DNA of 38,238 bases from a virus (Duplodnaviria > Caudoviricetes). A model generated the notes under the pieces. It saw only the letters and a list, made by a program, of their open reading frames with translations, ran no database searches and was not told where the DNA came from. Below, one piece after another: positions 24,726-32,030 of this stretch (position 1 is its first letter; each line of letters opens with the position of its first letter). A program made the translations under genes and the position numbers. The stretch covers positions 1 through 38,238 of IMG/VR virus record IMGVR_UViG_3300020280_000008; one strand, 5' to 3'.

Positions 24726-24963
24726 ACACACACGATCCAAAGATATTAAACTATTCCCAGTCAATTGTATGCCGTGGCGTCTAGAACCACGCACTGGTAA
24801 GTTCAATCTATCGTGGTACATGTGTTTTGATCATGCAGTAGATCAGATTGAACGATCTAATCTTAAACCACGTGACTATAAATTACAGTGTTACATTAGT
24901 GTACCACTCACTGATCCTCTTACAGGACCTGTTAGAATACAACGATACGTTAACCAAGCATAA
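24400..24963 (+). CDS. Lys/Ser/Thr-rich basic protein with a globular C-terminal domain (overlaps the AbrB-like gene)
   Basis: 187-aa ORF; its C-terminal part fills 24726-24963, and its stop is coupled to the next ATG (TAATG). Confidence 0.6.
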   Translation: MPKTTTSSRSQTKSSTTLSGKKVTRSTGKSRTASKSSSPKSRTQKSLEEKTKSLTSVKQPKKTGKISGTTAKAKAKTTTKGTTSTSKKQQKKPSVKRTTRQNSKDRGVKHTRSKDIKLFPVNCMPWRLEPRTGKFNLSWYMCFDHAVDQIERSNLKPRDYKLQCYISVPLTDPLTGPVRIQRYVNQA

Positions 24964-25550
24964 TGACACTAGATGAGAGTAAGATCATTGTTACTGATGA
25001 TTTTCTAGAAGAAGAACAATTTGAACGACTGAGTAACTTTATCATGGGCACTCAGATGGCATGGTACAATTTGTCTTGTTCATGTGGATATCCATTGCAA
25101 CAACACATATTCTATTCTGAAAGAAAAGGACCTGAGTTGTTTCAAGGAGCACCTATTGTCAATTCAATGTTCAATCATCTAGATCCAGTTATCAATAAAC
25201 TAGGTCATGCAGCATTGATACGTATTCGCGCCAATCAAAGTTGGCATACATCAGATGATGTGATGACACAACGTGACTATCATCGTGATGTACCATTTGA
25301 TTGCACAACTGGTATTTTCTACATCAATGATAGTGATGGTTGCACTATCTTTGAGAATGGTGATGATCCTATTGAGTGTGAGAGTAAAGCAAATAGATTT
25401 ATTGAGTTTCCTTCACACTACAGGCACACATCAACACCATTCACCACGCCTGAGCGTCGTGTAGTCATCAACTTTAACTACCATAAACTCCATATTCCAC
25501 TCAATGAGACCATTATCGGAAGTGGCACATCACCCACAGAACACTGGTAA
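24963..25550 (+). CDS. 2OG-Fe(II) oxygenase superfamily protein
   Basis: YHRD...TGIFYIN.SDG.T.F...SKANR.IEF....RH.S.....RVVINFNY. Confidence 0.8.
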   Translation: MTLDESKIIVTDDFLEEEQFERLSNFIMGTQMAWYNLSCSCGYPLQQHIFYSERKGPELFQGAPIVNSMFNHLDPVINKLGHAALIRIRANQSWHTSDDVMTQRDYHRDVPFDCTTGIFYINDSDGCTIFENGDDPIECESKANRFIEFPSHYRHTSTPFTTPERRVVINFNYHKLHIPLNETIIGSGTSPTEHW

Positions 25551-25563
25551 CATGTGGTATAAT
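25507..25563 (+). promoter_or_regulatory. Early promoter with palindrome
   Basis: AGACCATTA-tcgg-AAGTGGCAC (25507-25528), 29-nt gap, TGgTATAAT. Confidence 0.65.
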
Positions 25564-25585
25564 ATGTGAGTAACCAAACTACATT

Positions 25586-25738
25586 ATGAAATACCACAAT
25601 TTATGGTTGCTACCCAGCACCATGTGCATCGTAGGTTTACTCTACGTATGCTCGTACCAACCCCACGGTGAGTTTGTACAAACTGTGGTAGATATTGTCC
25701 ATTCATTTCCTAAAGCACGAGACGGAGAACAGTACTAA
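25586..25738 (+). CDS. Small hypothetical protein, possibly membrane-associated
   Basis: 50 aa (MKYHNLWLLPSTMCIVGLLYVC...), directly after the promoter. Confidence 0.5.
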   Translation: MKYHNLWLLPSTMCIVGLLYVCSYQPHGEFVQTVVDIVHSFPKARDGEQY

Positions 25739-25881
25739 TGACAACACGTACATTTGTTGATAGCAAAGGTAATACATGGGAGTGGGATGAAACTCCTGAA
25801 GTTCTTGCAGCATTGAAGGTGTTGCATGAGACTGAGCGCAAACATGCGGAAGAAGGCGGAGACTATGGAGTAGGCAAATGA
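25738..25881 (+). CDS. Small hypothetical protein
   Basis: 47 aa (MTTRTFVDSKGNTWEWDET...), GGAG RBS, coupled at both ends. Confidence 0.6.
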   Translation: MTTRTFVDSKGNTWEWDETPEVLAALKVLHETERKHAEEGGDYGVGK

Positions 25882-26114
25882 CACAATGGGCGGGACCAAT
25901 GCTAGGTAAACTATCACTAGCACTAGAAGAACTTGGTTGGGACGCTAATGATGACATCACCGTAGATATTGGTGGTGCATCAGTGTATGAAATTGATGGT
26001 GCTGGCACTAAGTGGGCACCAGTCAAGGGCACGACTAAGTATAATAAGGATGCATTCATTGTAATCAAGAATGTATCACGTAATCCTTTTGTACCATCAC
26101 AGCCACCACAATAA
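25878..26114 (+). CDS. Conserved hypothetical cyanophage protein
   Basis: 78 aa, GGAG RBS, ATGA coupling. Confidence 0.7.
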   Translation: MTQWAGPMLGKLSLALEELGWDANDDITVDIGGASVYEIDGAGTKWAPVKGTTKYNKDAFIVIKNVSRNPFVPSQPPQ

Positions 26115-26611
26115 TGGAAAGATCATTCATTCGCGAACGTCATCAGATAATCACTGACACATATCATGACCTTAGTATCAATGATGCCTTCATGGATGAG
26201 ATCAATGACATTGAGTGGTGTAATTCATATAGAACTAATGTTGGTGCTAAGATGTCAGATTGGAATATTGAATCTGATAACATCACAAAGATCTATGAGT
26301 GGATCATTAAAATACTAAAAGACACATATGATCATGATGGATCAATAGATGCATGTAAATTACATGAGTCATGGTATGCAAAATATGATATGGGTGATCG
26401 TACAAAGGTGCATGATCACAAATTTTCATCATGGTCATTTGTATACTACATCAATGCACCAGAGGGAGCATCATCATTATACTTCCCAACATCAAACAAG
26501 GAAATCAAATGTATCCCAGGACGTGTGGTAGTATTCCCAGGTAATGTAGAACACTACGTACCAGAGAATAAATGTGATAATAGAGTGATTTTGGCGGGTA
26601 ATATCAAATGA
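26114..26611 (+). CDS. 2OG-Fe(II) oxygenase-like protein (TIGR02466-like)
   Basis: SWY..Y..GD....HDH....SFVYY...P...G.VVVFP...EHYV......RVILAGN. Confidence 0.8.
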   Translation: MERSFIRERHQIITDTYHDLSINDAFMDEINDIEWCNSYRTNVGAKMSDWNIESDNITKIYEWIIKILKDTYDHDGSIDACKLHESWYAKYDMGDRTKVHDHKFSSWSFVYYINAPEGASSLYFPTSNKEIKCIPGRVVVFPGNVEHYVPENKCDNRVILAGNIK

Positions 26612-27198
26612 TGCACCTCATGGAACTTACACCTGATACCTATGATCCTACATTAGAGTGGGGTGATGAGGTACAATGTCTCCCTAATTACTTCACTAAA
26701 CATACTACAATCACATGGAATGATATTGTACCCATGTGGCAGGAAGAACGTAACAACGACTTCTTACGTATGCTCGTGCCCTTGTGTGATATGGTAGGTA
26801 AAAATCGTGTTGAATATGAAGGTGAAACTACTAATCCATATGGAGTAGAGAATGATAATGATAGGAACATTTATATTCCTACTCTTGTCACACATACAAA
26901 AGATCATCTTAATGATCATGTTAAACAAGTATGTGAAGAGGCATTTGATCTTAAACTCAACAACCTACACATTTACAGTAATGTGATGGCAGAGTCATTT
27001 GTATTCAGATCACATAAAGATGCACACTCAATTATGTTAGTACAATGTATTGGTATGTCTGAATATACATTTGAAGATGGTTCAGTGCATCAATTACAAC
27101 CAGGCGATGGTCTATACATTCCACGGGGCATTTATCATGCACCACGAGTATTTGGTCCACGTGTTACATTCTCATATAATTGGCATTACTTACGATGA
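26608..27198 (+). CDS. Cupin/JmjC-like oxygenase
   Basis: F.SHKD....LVQC.G......LQPGDGLYIPRG.YH.P....R..FS. Confidence 0.75.
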   Translation: MMHLMELTPDTYDPTLEWGDEVQCLPNYFTKHTTITWNDIVPMWQEERNNDFLRMLVPLCDMVGKNRVEYEGETTNPYGVENDNDRNIYIPTLVTHTKDHLNDHVKQVCEEAFDLKLNNLHIYSNVMAESFVFRSHKDAHSIMLVQCIGMSEYTFEDGSVHQLQPGDGLYIPRGIYHAPRVFGPRVTFSYNWHYLR

Positions 27199-27323
27199 CA
27201 GACTATAGACCACATGTTATCTCCCTTGTGACACTATTCTTAGTGACACTCATTACCATCTATGCTGGTTATAAACATGGTAATATGCACCTTATCACTA
27301 CATTGAAAAATGCCCACCCCTAG
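27195..27323 (+). CDS. Small single-pass membrane protein
   Basis: 42 aa (MTDYRPHVISLVTLFLVTLITIYAGYKHGNMH...), ATGA coupling. Confidence 0.55.
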   Translation: MTDYRPHVISLVTLFLVTLITIYAGYKHGNMHLITTLKNAHP

Positions 27324-27882
27324 AGTAGTTACTGTTAAAGAAAACGTACATGTTATTGTTGCCAAATATCATGATCTTTCTATCAACAAACAACTAATCA
27401 TTGATGCTGATAATGAGAAACCACGTGATAAGAATGTATCAGCAGTACAAGTACAACAAATGTCTAAATGGTGGGTAGAAACACCTGCTGTTAATACTAT
27501 TGTTGATTGGATCGTAAATCTAATACGCTCATCTAATTCACATGTAAGCGATCATAATTATACTATCGTATCATCATGGTTCGCCAAATACTCAAAAGGT
27601 GATTATGCTATCACCCATCATCACTTCCCAACACAATATTCATTTGTATATTACATCAACACACCCCCTGGTTCTGCACCGTTAGTTCTTACTACCTCTA
27701 ACACAGAAATACCAGTAGAAGAAGGACAAGTGGTCATTCTCCCATGTGGCACACATCATCATGTTGACAAATGTGATGTAGATGATAGACTAGTATTAGC
27801 AGGTAATTTTTACCTCACACCACCTAACATGAACGTATCAATGGATGGATTCTATGCAGGAGGATATGAATGGGATGAGTAA
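27310..27882 (+). CDS. 2OG-Fe(II) oxygenase-like protein (paralog of 26114)
   Basis: SWFAKYSKGD....HHH....SFVYYIN.P...EG.VVILP...HHHV......RLVLAGN. Confidence 0.8.
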   Translation: MPTPRVVTVKENVHVIVAKYHDLSINKQLIIDADNEKPRDKNVSAVQVQQMSKWWVETPAVNTIVDWIVNLIRSSNSHVSDHNYTIVSSWFAKYSKGDYAITHHHFPTQYSFVYYINTPPGSAPLVLTTSNTEIPVEEGQVVILPCGTHHHVDKCDVDDRLVLAGNFYLTPPNMNVSMDGFYAGGYEWDE

Positions 27883-28144
27883 TTACACACCTAGAGTCAA
27901 TGATCGTGTACAATACAAAGAACATGAAGGTTGGGTCTATTGTATAACAGATGAATACTTCACACTAGAAGTAGCAACCACTCTCAAACAAGATGATCTA
28001 GTCACTATGCATAAGAAACATCATGTTCTTATCGTAGTATACAATGATCAATACCAATACTGTACATACCTAGGACACAGACTATCACCATACGATGACA
28101 CCCTCCATCAAGACATTCACCCAAACGTCAGACAAACTATATGA
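27875..28144 (+). CDS. Hypothetical protein
   Basis: About 89 aa (Y.P.VNDRV.Y..HEGWVY); start uncertain. Confidence 0.65.
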   Translation: MSNYTPRVNDRVQYKEHEGWVYCITDEYFTLEVATTLKQDDLVTMHKKHHVLIVVYNDQYQYCTYLGHRLSPYDDTLHQDIHPNVRQTI

Positions 28145-28322
28145 TAGACATTTCTATCAAGTAGAATATACTGATGGTAGAGCATATTCATTCCAAGATT
28201 ATACACAGATGAGAGCATGGTGGTTTCAACAAATGAACACCACTGATGCAGTAGTCCATGTCATTGATACACCACAGTATACGAAGTCACTCCGCGCCAG
28301 TGATACTAAGGGTTTTGGGTAG
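28095..28322 (+). CDS. Conserved hypothetical cyanophage protein
   Basis: 75 aa (FTQTSDKLYDRH.Y), ending in KGFG. Confidence 0.7.
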   Translation: MTPSIKTFTQTSDKLYDRHFYQVEYTDGRAYSFQDYTQMRAWWFQQMNTTDAVVHVIDTPQYTKSLRASDTKGFG

Positions 28323-28323
28323 C

Positions 28324-28344
28324 TGTGGATAAACCTGTGGAAAA
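28324..28344 (-). promoter_or_regulatory. Two tandem DnaA-box-like 9-mers
   Basis: TGTGGATAA (28324-28332) and TGTGGAAAA (28336-28344), i.e. TTATCCACA and TTTTCCACA on the - strand, next to an AT-rich stretch. Confidence 0.45.
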
Positions 28345-28424
28345 CTTTTAAAATCATTAAAAAAATATAGTATAGGAGCTGTGTAGTTACTGTGAAGATG
28401 CTTGTAAGGTACTCTGGAGACGCT

Positions 28425-28453
28425 GGCTTAGCACGCAACCTACCGAAAGTCAA
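28425..28453 (-). promoter_or_regulatory. Possible divergent sigma70-type promoter
   Basis: - strand TTGACT-17-TAAGCC with extended TG; the -10 box lacks its last T. Confidence 0.35.
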
Positions 28454-28460
28454 GAAAAGG

Positions 28461-28519
28461 TGGACAGAACTCGTAGTGGCACACAGGACCATAGAATAAC
28501 CACCCAGACCCTCTATAAT
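28461..28519 (+). promoter_or_regulatory. Early promoter with palindrome
   Basis: TGGACAGAA-ctcg-TAGTGGCAC (28461-28482), 31-nt gap, TATAAT at 28514. Confidence 0.6.
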
Positions 28520-28552
28520 ATTTGGAGAAACACAGAAATCTCGCTTTTTCGC

Positions 28553-28603
28553 TTTTTTGAGTTTTTCAGAAAGTTCAAAAAGTCAGTTTTTTGAGTTTTT
28601 CAG
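28553..28603 (+). repeat. 17-bp direct repeat TTTTTTGAGTTTTTCAG x2 flanking a complementary segment
   Basis: Copies at 28553-28569 and 28587-28603; AAAGTTCAAAAA lies between them. Confidence 0.85.
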
Positions 28604-28624
28604 TTAATTAAACTTTAAACTTTA

Positions 28625-28864
28625 ATGGAATTTGTGAAAATCTACGAAGAATTGTCCTCAAGCGCGGTAAAATGCGTTAAAATTGACGAAAAACTTGTTA
28701 AAATCACATATAACAGTAATATTGACAAAGAATATGAATTTAACTGTGATAAAACAGAAGAATTCAATAATAAACTGTCAAATACACTGAAGAACAATGA
28801 ATCAGTAGGTAAATTCATTCATTCTTCTGTTAAAGAAGGCATCATCGTCCCTGTCACTAAATAA
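28625..28864 (+). CDS. KTSC-domain-like protein
   Basis: SSSAVK.V......VKITY.S...KEYEF......SVGKFI pattern. Confidence 0.55.
   Translation: MEFVKIYEELSSSAVKCVKIDEKLVKITYNSNIDKEYEFNCDKTEEFNNKLSNTLKNNESVGKFIHSSVKEGIIVPVTK
28857..28863 (+). promoter_or_regulatory. Putative late promoter (CTAAATA)
   Basis: Late-type motif about 38 nt before ATG 28901. Confidence 0.4.
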
Positions 28865-28900
28865 TCCACTACACTGATAATCTACAAGACTATCTGAGCA

Positions 28901-29062
28901 ATGAGTAAGAAGAACTATCGTCGCGATTCTGATAACCCACGGCAACAGTTTGAAGATGAGTTTGAAGACTTCGGGTATGAAGTAAAAAATATCCGTAGAC
29001 AGTCCAAGAAGAAGGTAACAAAGTTTAAGCGTGAGCAGGACCACTACGAGGACAGTTTCTGA
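28901..29062 (+). CDS. Small highly charged protein
   Basis: 53 aa (MSKKNYRRDSDNPRQQFEDEFEDFG...KKKVTKFKRE), read by eye. Confidence 0.65.
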   Translation: MSKKNYRRDSDNPRQQFEDEFEDFGYEVKNIRRQSKKKVTKFKREQDHYEDSF

Positions 29063-29105
29063 AGTGTACACTATCTGCTGACAGGGCACCGAAATGGTGT
29101 ATTAT
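29049..29105 (+). promoter_or_regulatory. Early promoter with palindrome
   Basis: AGGACAGTT-tctg-AAGTGTACA (29049-29070), 29-nt gap, TATTAT at 29100. Confidence 0.6.
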
Positions 29106-29127
29106 AAGGAAGTCGTCAGGAGTTCAC

Positions 29128-29379
29128 ATGACAGTTCAAGTCGTCAAGCACTCATACTATAAGATTGAGATTGACACTGTTGATGCACCCCAACACCCCA
29201 TCATTTATTTTCGTAAGTGTGGCAAGTGCAGCACTGCTAAGGGTGCAGATCGTCAACACAATCGCATCGTGAATGAGACTGTGGAGGCATGGCGTCCCTT
29301 CTCGCAGCAGATCCGTCGTTACACTGTGTCACGTGTACCATCGGACGTTGTAGTCAAAGGGGACATCAGGGACACCTGA
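29128..29379 (+). CDS. Hypothetical protein
   Basis: 83 aa with an AGGAG RBS. Confidence 0.75.
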   Translation: MTVQVVKHSYYKIEIDTVDAPQHPIIYFRKCGKCSTAKGADRQHNRIVNETVEAWRPFSQQIRRYTVSRVPSDVVVKGDIRDT

Positions 29380-29426
29380 CGAACTGGCACTGAGGTCTTG
29401 ACCTAGTGCCCCATCTGCTCTATATT
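29369..29426 (+). promoter_or_regulatory. Early promoter with palindrome, TTGACC-17-TATATT
   Basis: GGGACACCT-gacg-AACTGGCAC (29369-29390); -35 at 29398, -10 at 29421. Confidence 0.7.
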
Positions 29427-29451
29427 GATTCTGTTGACCACCACACCAACC

Positions 29452-29628
29452 ATGACCACTACAGTCGTTGCCTGCCCCATCGCTTCTACCGTCGCTGACG
29501 TTGAGGGTTACATTGATGCTCTTGATCGTGCTCTTGACTGCCCCTTCATCCAAGATGATGAGTGCTTCAACGAACTTTCCACCCTGCGTGACCTGCTGAC
29601 TGCTTCTAAGATGATCGCCAACCGCTGA
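29452..29628 (+). CDS. Hypothetical protein
   Basis: 58 aa from the ATG after an A/C-rich leader. Confidence 0.65.
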   Translation: MTTTVVACPIASTVADVEGYIDALDRALDCPFIQDDECFNELSTLRDLLTASKMIANR

Positions 29629-29667
29629 TCTTAGACTGCACCACTGTTCACCTTTATTATCATCACC

Positions 29668-29997
29668 ATGCGTAAGATTGAGAAACTGATGAACGCCGCC
29701 ATCAAGGCAGGCAAGAACTGGACTAACGCTAACACTAGCGTGAGCACTGATGACACTGGTCTCTCTACTGTGTACCTGCATGGTAACAAGATCGCTGAGG
29801 TAGGTGATGATTTCGTTCGCGTCTTTGATGGTGGTTGGAGGACCAACACCACCAAATCTCGCCTGAATGCTATCATTAACGAGTTCTGCTGTGCCTACAC
29901 TGATGGCATCTATCAGCACAAGTTTGAGTGGTTCATCACTGACAACAAGTGCGTCAAGCAGTTCGTCAACGGTTACACTTTCGCTGAATTTGCATAA
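29668..29997 (+). CDS. Conserved early cyanophage protein
   Basis: MRKIEK.MN.AI...NW...NT.V...VYLHGN.IA...FDGGW...TTKSRLNA. Confidence 0.8.
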   Translation: MRKIEKLMNAAIKAGKNWTNANTSVSTDDTGLSTVYLHGNKIAEVGDDFVRVFDGGWRTNTTKSRLNAIINEFCCAYTDGIYQHKFEWFITDNKCVKQFVNGYTFAEFA

Positions 29998-30003
29998 ACT
30001 CGG

Positions 30004-30051
30004 AAACCCAAGTTTCTCAACTTTTGAGATTCTTGGGTTTTTCATTTTTTT
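30004..30051 (+). terminator. Rho-independent terminator
   Basis: Stem AAACCCAAG-tt-TCTCAA / loop CTT / TTGAGA-tt-CTTGGGTTT, followed by TTCATTTTTTT. Confidence 0.75.
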
Positions 30052-30165
30052 GTAAAACTTAAGTTTAACATCAATGCAGTTAATCCCTAGTTCAACGAAT
30101 GATGAACTATTCATTTGGTCACTGTGGGTGTATAGTAAAAAACTGTTTAGATCTATTAGTGATTC

Positions 30166-30194
30166 TTGACAAATAGTGTTACCTCTAGTATAAC
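30166..30194 (+). promoter_or_regulatory. Sigma70-type promoter TTGACA-17-TATAAC
   Basis: Consensus -35 box and 17-nt spacer. Confidence 0.65.
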
Positions 30195-30221
30195 TATAGT
30201 AACACTACAGTAGGAGTTACT

Positions 30222-30356
30222 ATGACTGCAGAAGAATGGTTACAAGAACTGCAAGAACAGTTGTTGGAAGAAACTGCTGCTGGAGTTGTTGATACAAACT
30301 ACTACGATGATGGTTCAATCGTAGCAGTTGAGATTGACTACACAACTCAGAGTTGA
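30222..30356 (+). CDS. Small acidic protein
   Basis: 44 aa (MTAEEWLQELQEQLLEE...), AGGAG RBS. Confidence 0.65.
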   Translation: MTAEEWLQELQEQLLEETAAGVVDTNYYDDGSIVAVEIDYTTQS

Positions 30357-30412
30357 CCAGTTTAACAAGTGGCACAACATTACTTGATTCTCAGGGTCAT
30401 CTCTGTAATACT
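30354..30412 (+). promoter_or_regulatory. Early promoter with palindrome
   Basis: TGACCAGTT-taac-AAGTGGCAC (30354-30375); TTGATT at 30384; weak -10 (TAATACT) at about 30406. Confidence 0.6.
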
Positions 30413-30437
30413 ACCATTGTTGACACAAACACGACCT

Positions 30438-30557
30438 ATGTGGGATGAACTCAATGACATGCCTGGCGAAATCTTTGACGTGCCAGACATTGAAACTGTT
30501 CTCGTGGAAGATGAGAACGGAGAACTAGGAGTTGACCTCACCGACATCAACAACTGA
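30438..30557 (+). CDS. Small acidic protein
   Basis: 39 aa (MWDELNDMPGEIFDV...); ATG downstream of the promoter. Confidence 0.6.
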   Translation: MWDELNDMPGEIFDVPDIETVLVEDENGELGVDLTDINN

Positions 30558-30559
30558 CC

Positions 30560-30766
30560 ATGACAGTTACTAACACAATGCAAGACAATGTTATTGACCG
30601 TGATGAACTCCAAGCGAGTCTAATCAATACGGTGATTGATGGCATGGACTTCAAAACTATGTGGTCAGTTCTTTACGACTACATGGATGCAAGTTACGAC
30701 AAGTACACTGTCAATGAGTTGATAGAAGAAGTGCAAGAATACTATCCAGAACTGTTGGAGGACTGA
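30560..30766 (+). CDS. Hypothetical acidic protein
   Basis: 68 aa, ending YTVNELIEEVQEYYPELLED. Confidence 0.7.
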   Translation: MTVTNTMQDNVIDRDELQASLINTVIDGMDFKTMWSVLYDYMDASYDKYTVNELIEEVQEYYPELLED

Positions 30767-30775
30767 GTAACAACA

Positions 30776-30976
30776 ATGATGTACCAAGTCACTGACATTG
30801 AGTTTGATTTTGTTGACAGTGAGGGTGAACTTCCCAACGACATTCAGGCAGAGATTGTTGATGATGTCCTGGGCATAGTATGGGAGGCGGATGATGATGA
30901 AGATCTCGTAGAAGAGGTTACAGCAGCGACAGGATTCTGCGTTAAAAGTATTGATTACCGTCACGTCCTTAAGTAA
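30776..30976 (+). CDS. Hypothetical acidic protein
   Basis: 66 aa (VTDIEFDF...WEADDDEDLVEE.T.ATG.C.KSIDYRH). Confidence 0.7.
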   Translation: MMYQVTDIEFDFVDSEGELPNDIQAEIVDDVLGIVWEADDDEDLVEEVTAATGFCVKSIDYRHVLK

Positions 30977-30977
30977 C

Positions 30978-31139
30978 ATGAACCAACTGGAAATGCTGAC
31001 CCAACGTGAACAACTTATGTGGGACATTGATGGCATTGTTGATGAGTTTGCCTGCAACAATAACATCAGCGAAGATGACATGGAAGACCTAATTCGTGTC
31101 CTATGTGATGCTGTCTGCAAGAATTTCTCTGCTAAGTGA
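30978..31139 (+). CDS. Hypothetical protein
   Basis: 53 aa (MNQLEMLTQREQLM...LCDAVCKNF). Confidence 0.65.
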   Translation: MNQLEMLTQREQLMWDIDGIVDEFACNNNISEDDMEDLIRVLCDAVCKNFSAK

Positions 31140-31159
31140 TACAAACTGGTCAGCCGCCG

Positions 31160-31219
31160 CAACCAGTTGGCAAGGTGGCACAGGGTGACCCCCATACCTG
31201 CCGACCCTGTGCCTATAAT
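31160..31219 (+). promoter_or_regulatory. Early promoter with palindrome
   Basis: CAACCAGTT-ggca-AGGTGGCAC (31160-31181), 32-nt gap, TATAAT at 31214. Confidence 0.65.
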
Positions 31220-31240
31220 GACTTCAGTTCAAACAAACAC

Positions 31241-31441
31241 ATGATCACAGGACAGTACGTCGTCGGTTGCCCCAAACTCCAAGAGCGGGAGACCGTGATG
31301 GGTTTACATGAGGCAGCAGACGTTTGCTATTCCATGCATGAGGAGTCGGGTTCATACGCTTGGGTAGAGGACTGGTTGGGTCACACCGTGATGGAGTATG
31401 GCGACCCTGTGGAGGGCATTGCTGAATTGGTGTTCAGTTGA
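31241..31441 (+). CDS. Hypothetical protein
   Basis: 66 aa from the ATG after the AAACAAACAC leader. Confidence 0.65.
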   Translation: MITGQYVVGCPKLQERETVMGLHEAADVCYSMHEESGSYAWVEDWLGHTVMEYGDPVEGIAELVFS

Positions 31442-31488
31442 CCTAGTGTCACACACGGGGTAGCAACCGCTGCCCCATGCCCTATACT
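31431..31488 (+). promoter_or_regulatory. Early promoter with palindrome
   Basis: TGTTCAGTT-gacc-TAGTGTCAC (31431-31452), 30-nt gap, TATACT at 31483. Confidence 0.65.
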
Positions 31489-31508
31489 AGTATCAGCGAC
31501 ACAAACAC

Positions 31509-31781
31509 ATGACCGCAACCTTCACCGTGCCCCAAGAGAACACCTACAACGGTTGGACCAACTATGAGACCTGGAACGCTGCCCTGTGGATGGGCAACGA
31601 TGAGTTCTTGTACAACACCGCTCGGGCGTGCGTCAAGTTCTGCAGCGAGGATGACCAACCATACACCAAGTTCATCCGATGCATGATGAACGGTGGAATG
31701 GAGATGACGGGCGACGACGTGCGTTGGGATGATGCGAGCATAGACCACGATGAGATGAATGAGATGATGGAGGACCTGTGA
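31509..31781 (+). CDS. Conserved phage protein (YNGWTNYETW family)
   Basis: 90 aa with a YNGWTNYETWNAALW..NDE.LY motif. Confidence 0.8.
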   Translation: MTATFTVPQENTYNGWTNYETWNAALWMGNDEFLYNTARACVKFCSEDDQPYTKFIRCMMNGGMEMTGDDVRWDDASIDHDEMNEMMEDL

Positions 31782-31791
31782 TCCTCCCCCG

Positions 31792-31800
31792 TGCTACAAT
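31792..31800 (+). promoter_or_regulatory. Extended -10 promoter (TGcTACAAT)
   Basis: 20 nt before ATG 31821. Confidence 0.5.
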
Positions 31801-31820
31801 TCTCACAACGACTCTCACTC

Positions 31821-32030
31821 ATGTTCAACATCTCCTGCGTCTCCCCCAGCGTCTCGCGATCGGTCTGGACTCTCAAGGTCAACCCGTTCACAGGGACATG
31901 CCGAGTGCGTTGGTTCAAAACCCCATCGGCAGAGTACACGTTCAAAACCCGCAAGCGTGACATCCTAGCATTGATGATCGCAGGGGACAGGTCCTTGGGA
32001 CAGTGGGTAAACTGTCACCAGTTCGGTTGA
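31821..32030 (+). CDS. KTSC-like small protein
   Basis: S.SV..LKVNP.TG...V.W.....EY.F.....IL.L.....SLGQWVN. Confidence 0.5.
   Translation: MFNISCVSPSVSRSVWTLKVNPFTGTCRVRWFKTPSAEYTFKTRKRDILALMIAGDRSLGQWVNCHQFG

Noticed and set aside
29329-30114. 261-aa - strand ORF
   Set aside because: It is antisense to credible + genes, a promoter and a terminator, and has no motif.
30074-30169. 31-aa ORF MQLIPSSTNDELFIWSLWVY...
   Set aside because: It lies just after a terminator with no clear promoter or RBS; too short to support.
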